Below the pieces are notes generated by a model. That model saw only the letters and a program-made list of their open reading frames with translations, ran no database searches and had not been told where the DNA came from. Shown here in pieces: positions 27,195-27,633 of a DNA stretch of 27,633 nt; within the stretch, counting starts at the first letter, position 1; every line of letters starts with the position of its first letter. Origin of the DNA: Candidatus Hydrogenedentota bacterium (GTDB taxonomy: Bacteria > Hydrogenedentota > Hydrogenedentia > Hydrogenedentales > SLHB01); the NCBI GenBank assembly GCA_029974275.1, contig JARKSN010000215.1:1-27633 (forward strand), given 5' to 3'. The position numbers and the translations under genes are program-made.

Positions 27195-27633
27195 GCCAAA
27201 ATCCCTCGCCCGTTCGTTCTTATTGACACCATTGAACTTACAGCATTTGCCAGGTGATTTTCAAACCGTCGGCGCCGTTCTTCGAACCTCGAACTCGTGG
27301 CGGGTTGTGTAGTCATTTTCACGTCGCATGCCTGCGTTTTGACGGCTGAAATGCCCGGAAACGGGCGCGCTAACACATCGTGCAGGCATATCGAATTAAA
27401 ACATATAGATATATAAATGGATGTTAGGGAAGGATATCGACACGGACGCCCAGCGGGCAAAGACGAAACAGCGCTTCGGCGTCTTCGTGACGTATGCGGA
27501 TGCAGCCCCGTCCGCGCGACTTTCCAATCCAGCCTTGTCCGACCGCGACATGGATGCCGTAGCTCGTTGGCGTTCCCTTTTCCGCAAAGCCCATCCAATA
27601 TTTGCCCAGGGGATTGCCGGGATCGCCGGCCTT

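Noticed and set aside
25242..27257. 671-aa plus-strand ORF
   Set aside because: Antisense shadow of the DUF4914-type gene; no motifs, and long shadow ORFs are expected in GC-rich DNA.
27370..27427. CTAACA / TGTTAG inverted half-sites (LacI-operator-like) upstream of the DUF4914-type gene
   Set aside because: Only 6-bp arms 46 nt apart and no complete palindrome; not distinguishable from chance.

Overview
GC-rich bacterial chromosomal window with about 23 credible protein-coding genes. I found no rRNA, tRNA, CRISPR array or transposase, and taxonomy cannot be fixed from sequence alone. From left to right it holds: the end of a corrinoid (B12-binding) protein; an iron-sulfur flavoprotein; cupin + hypothetical + glnE; a GldA / fused GldF-GldG / DUF4340 ABC-type envelope module; a hypothetical; a minus-strand run of glnK-amtB (clear sigma-54 promoter), aldo/keto reductase, leuB, an AICAR-transformylase-only purH and an SDR; and a very AT-rich, palindrome-dense divergent control region. 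That region drives the most unusual locus: a wHTH protein whose nucleotidyltransferase (MNT)-like domain lacks its catalytic loop, translationally coupled to a 478-aa protein that looks like a Type IIG (Eco57I-like) restriction-modification enzyme with all catalytic motifs replaced and the C-terminal half missing, followed by a stand-alone tandem cNMP-binding protein. The right end carries a HAD-GATase pair, a small YjfB-like gene with its own promoter, and a DUF4914-type gene with a full set of PEPCK-like motifs next to an OFA-type MFS carrier. All family calls come from by-eye motif recognition and need HMM or structure confirmation.
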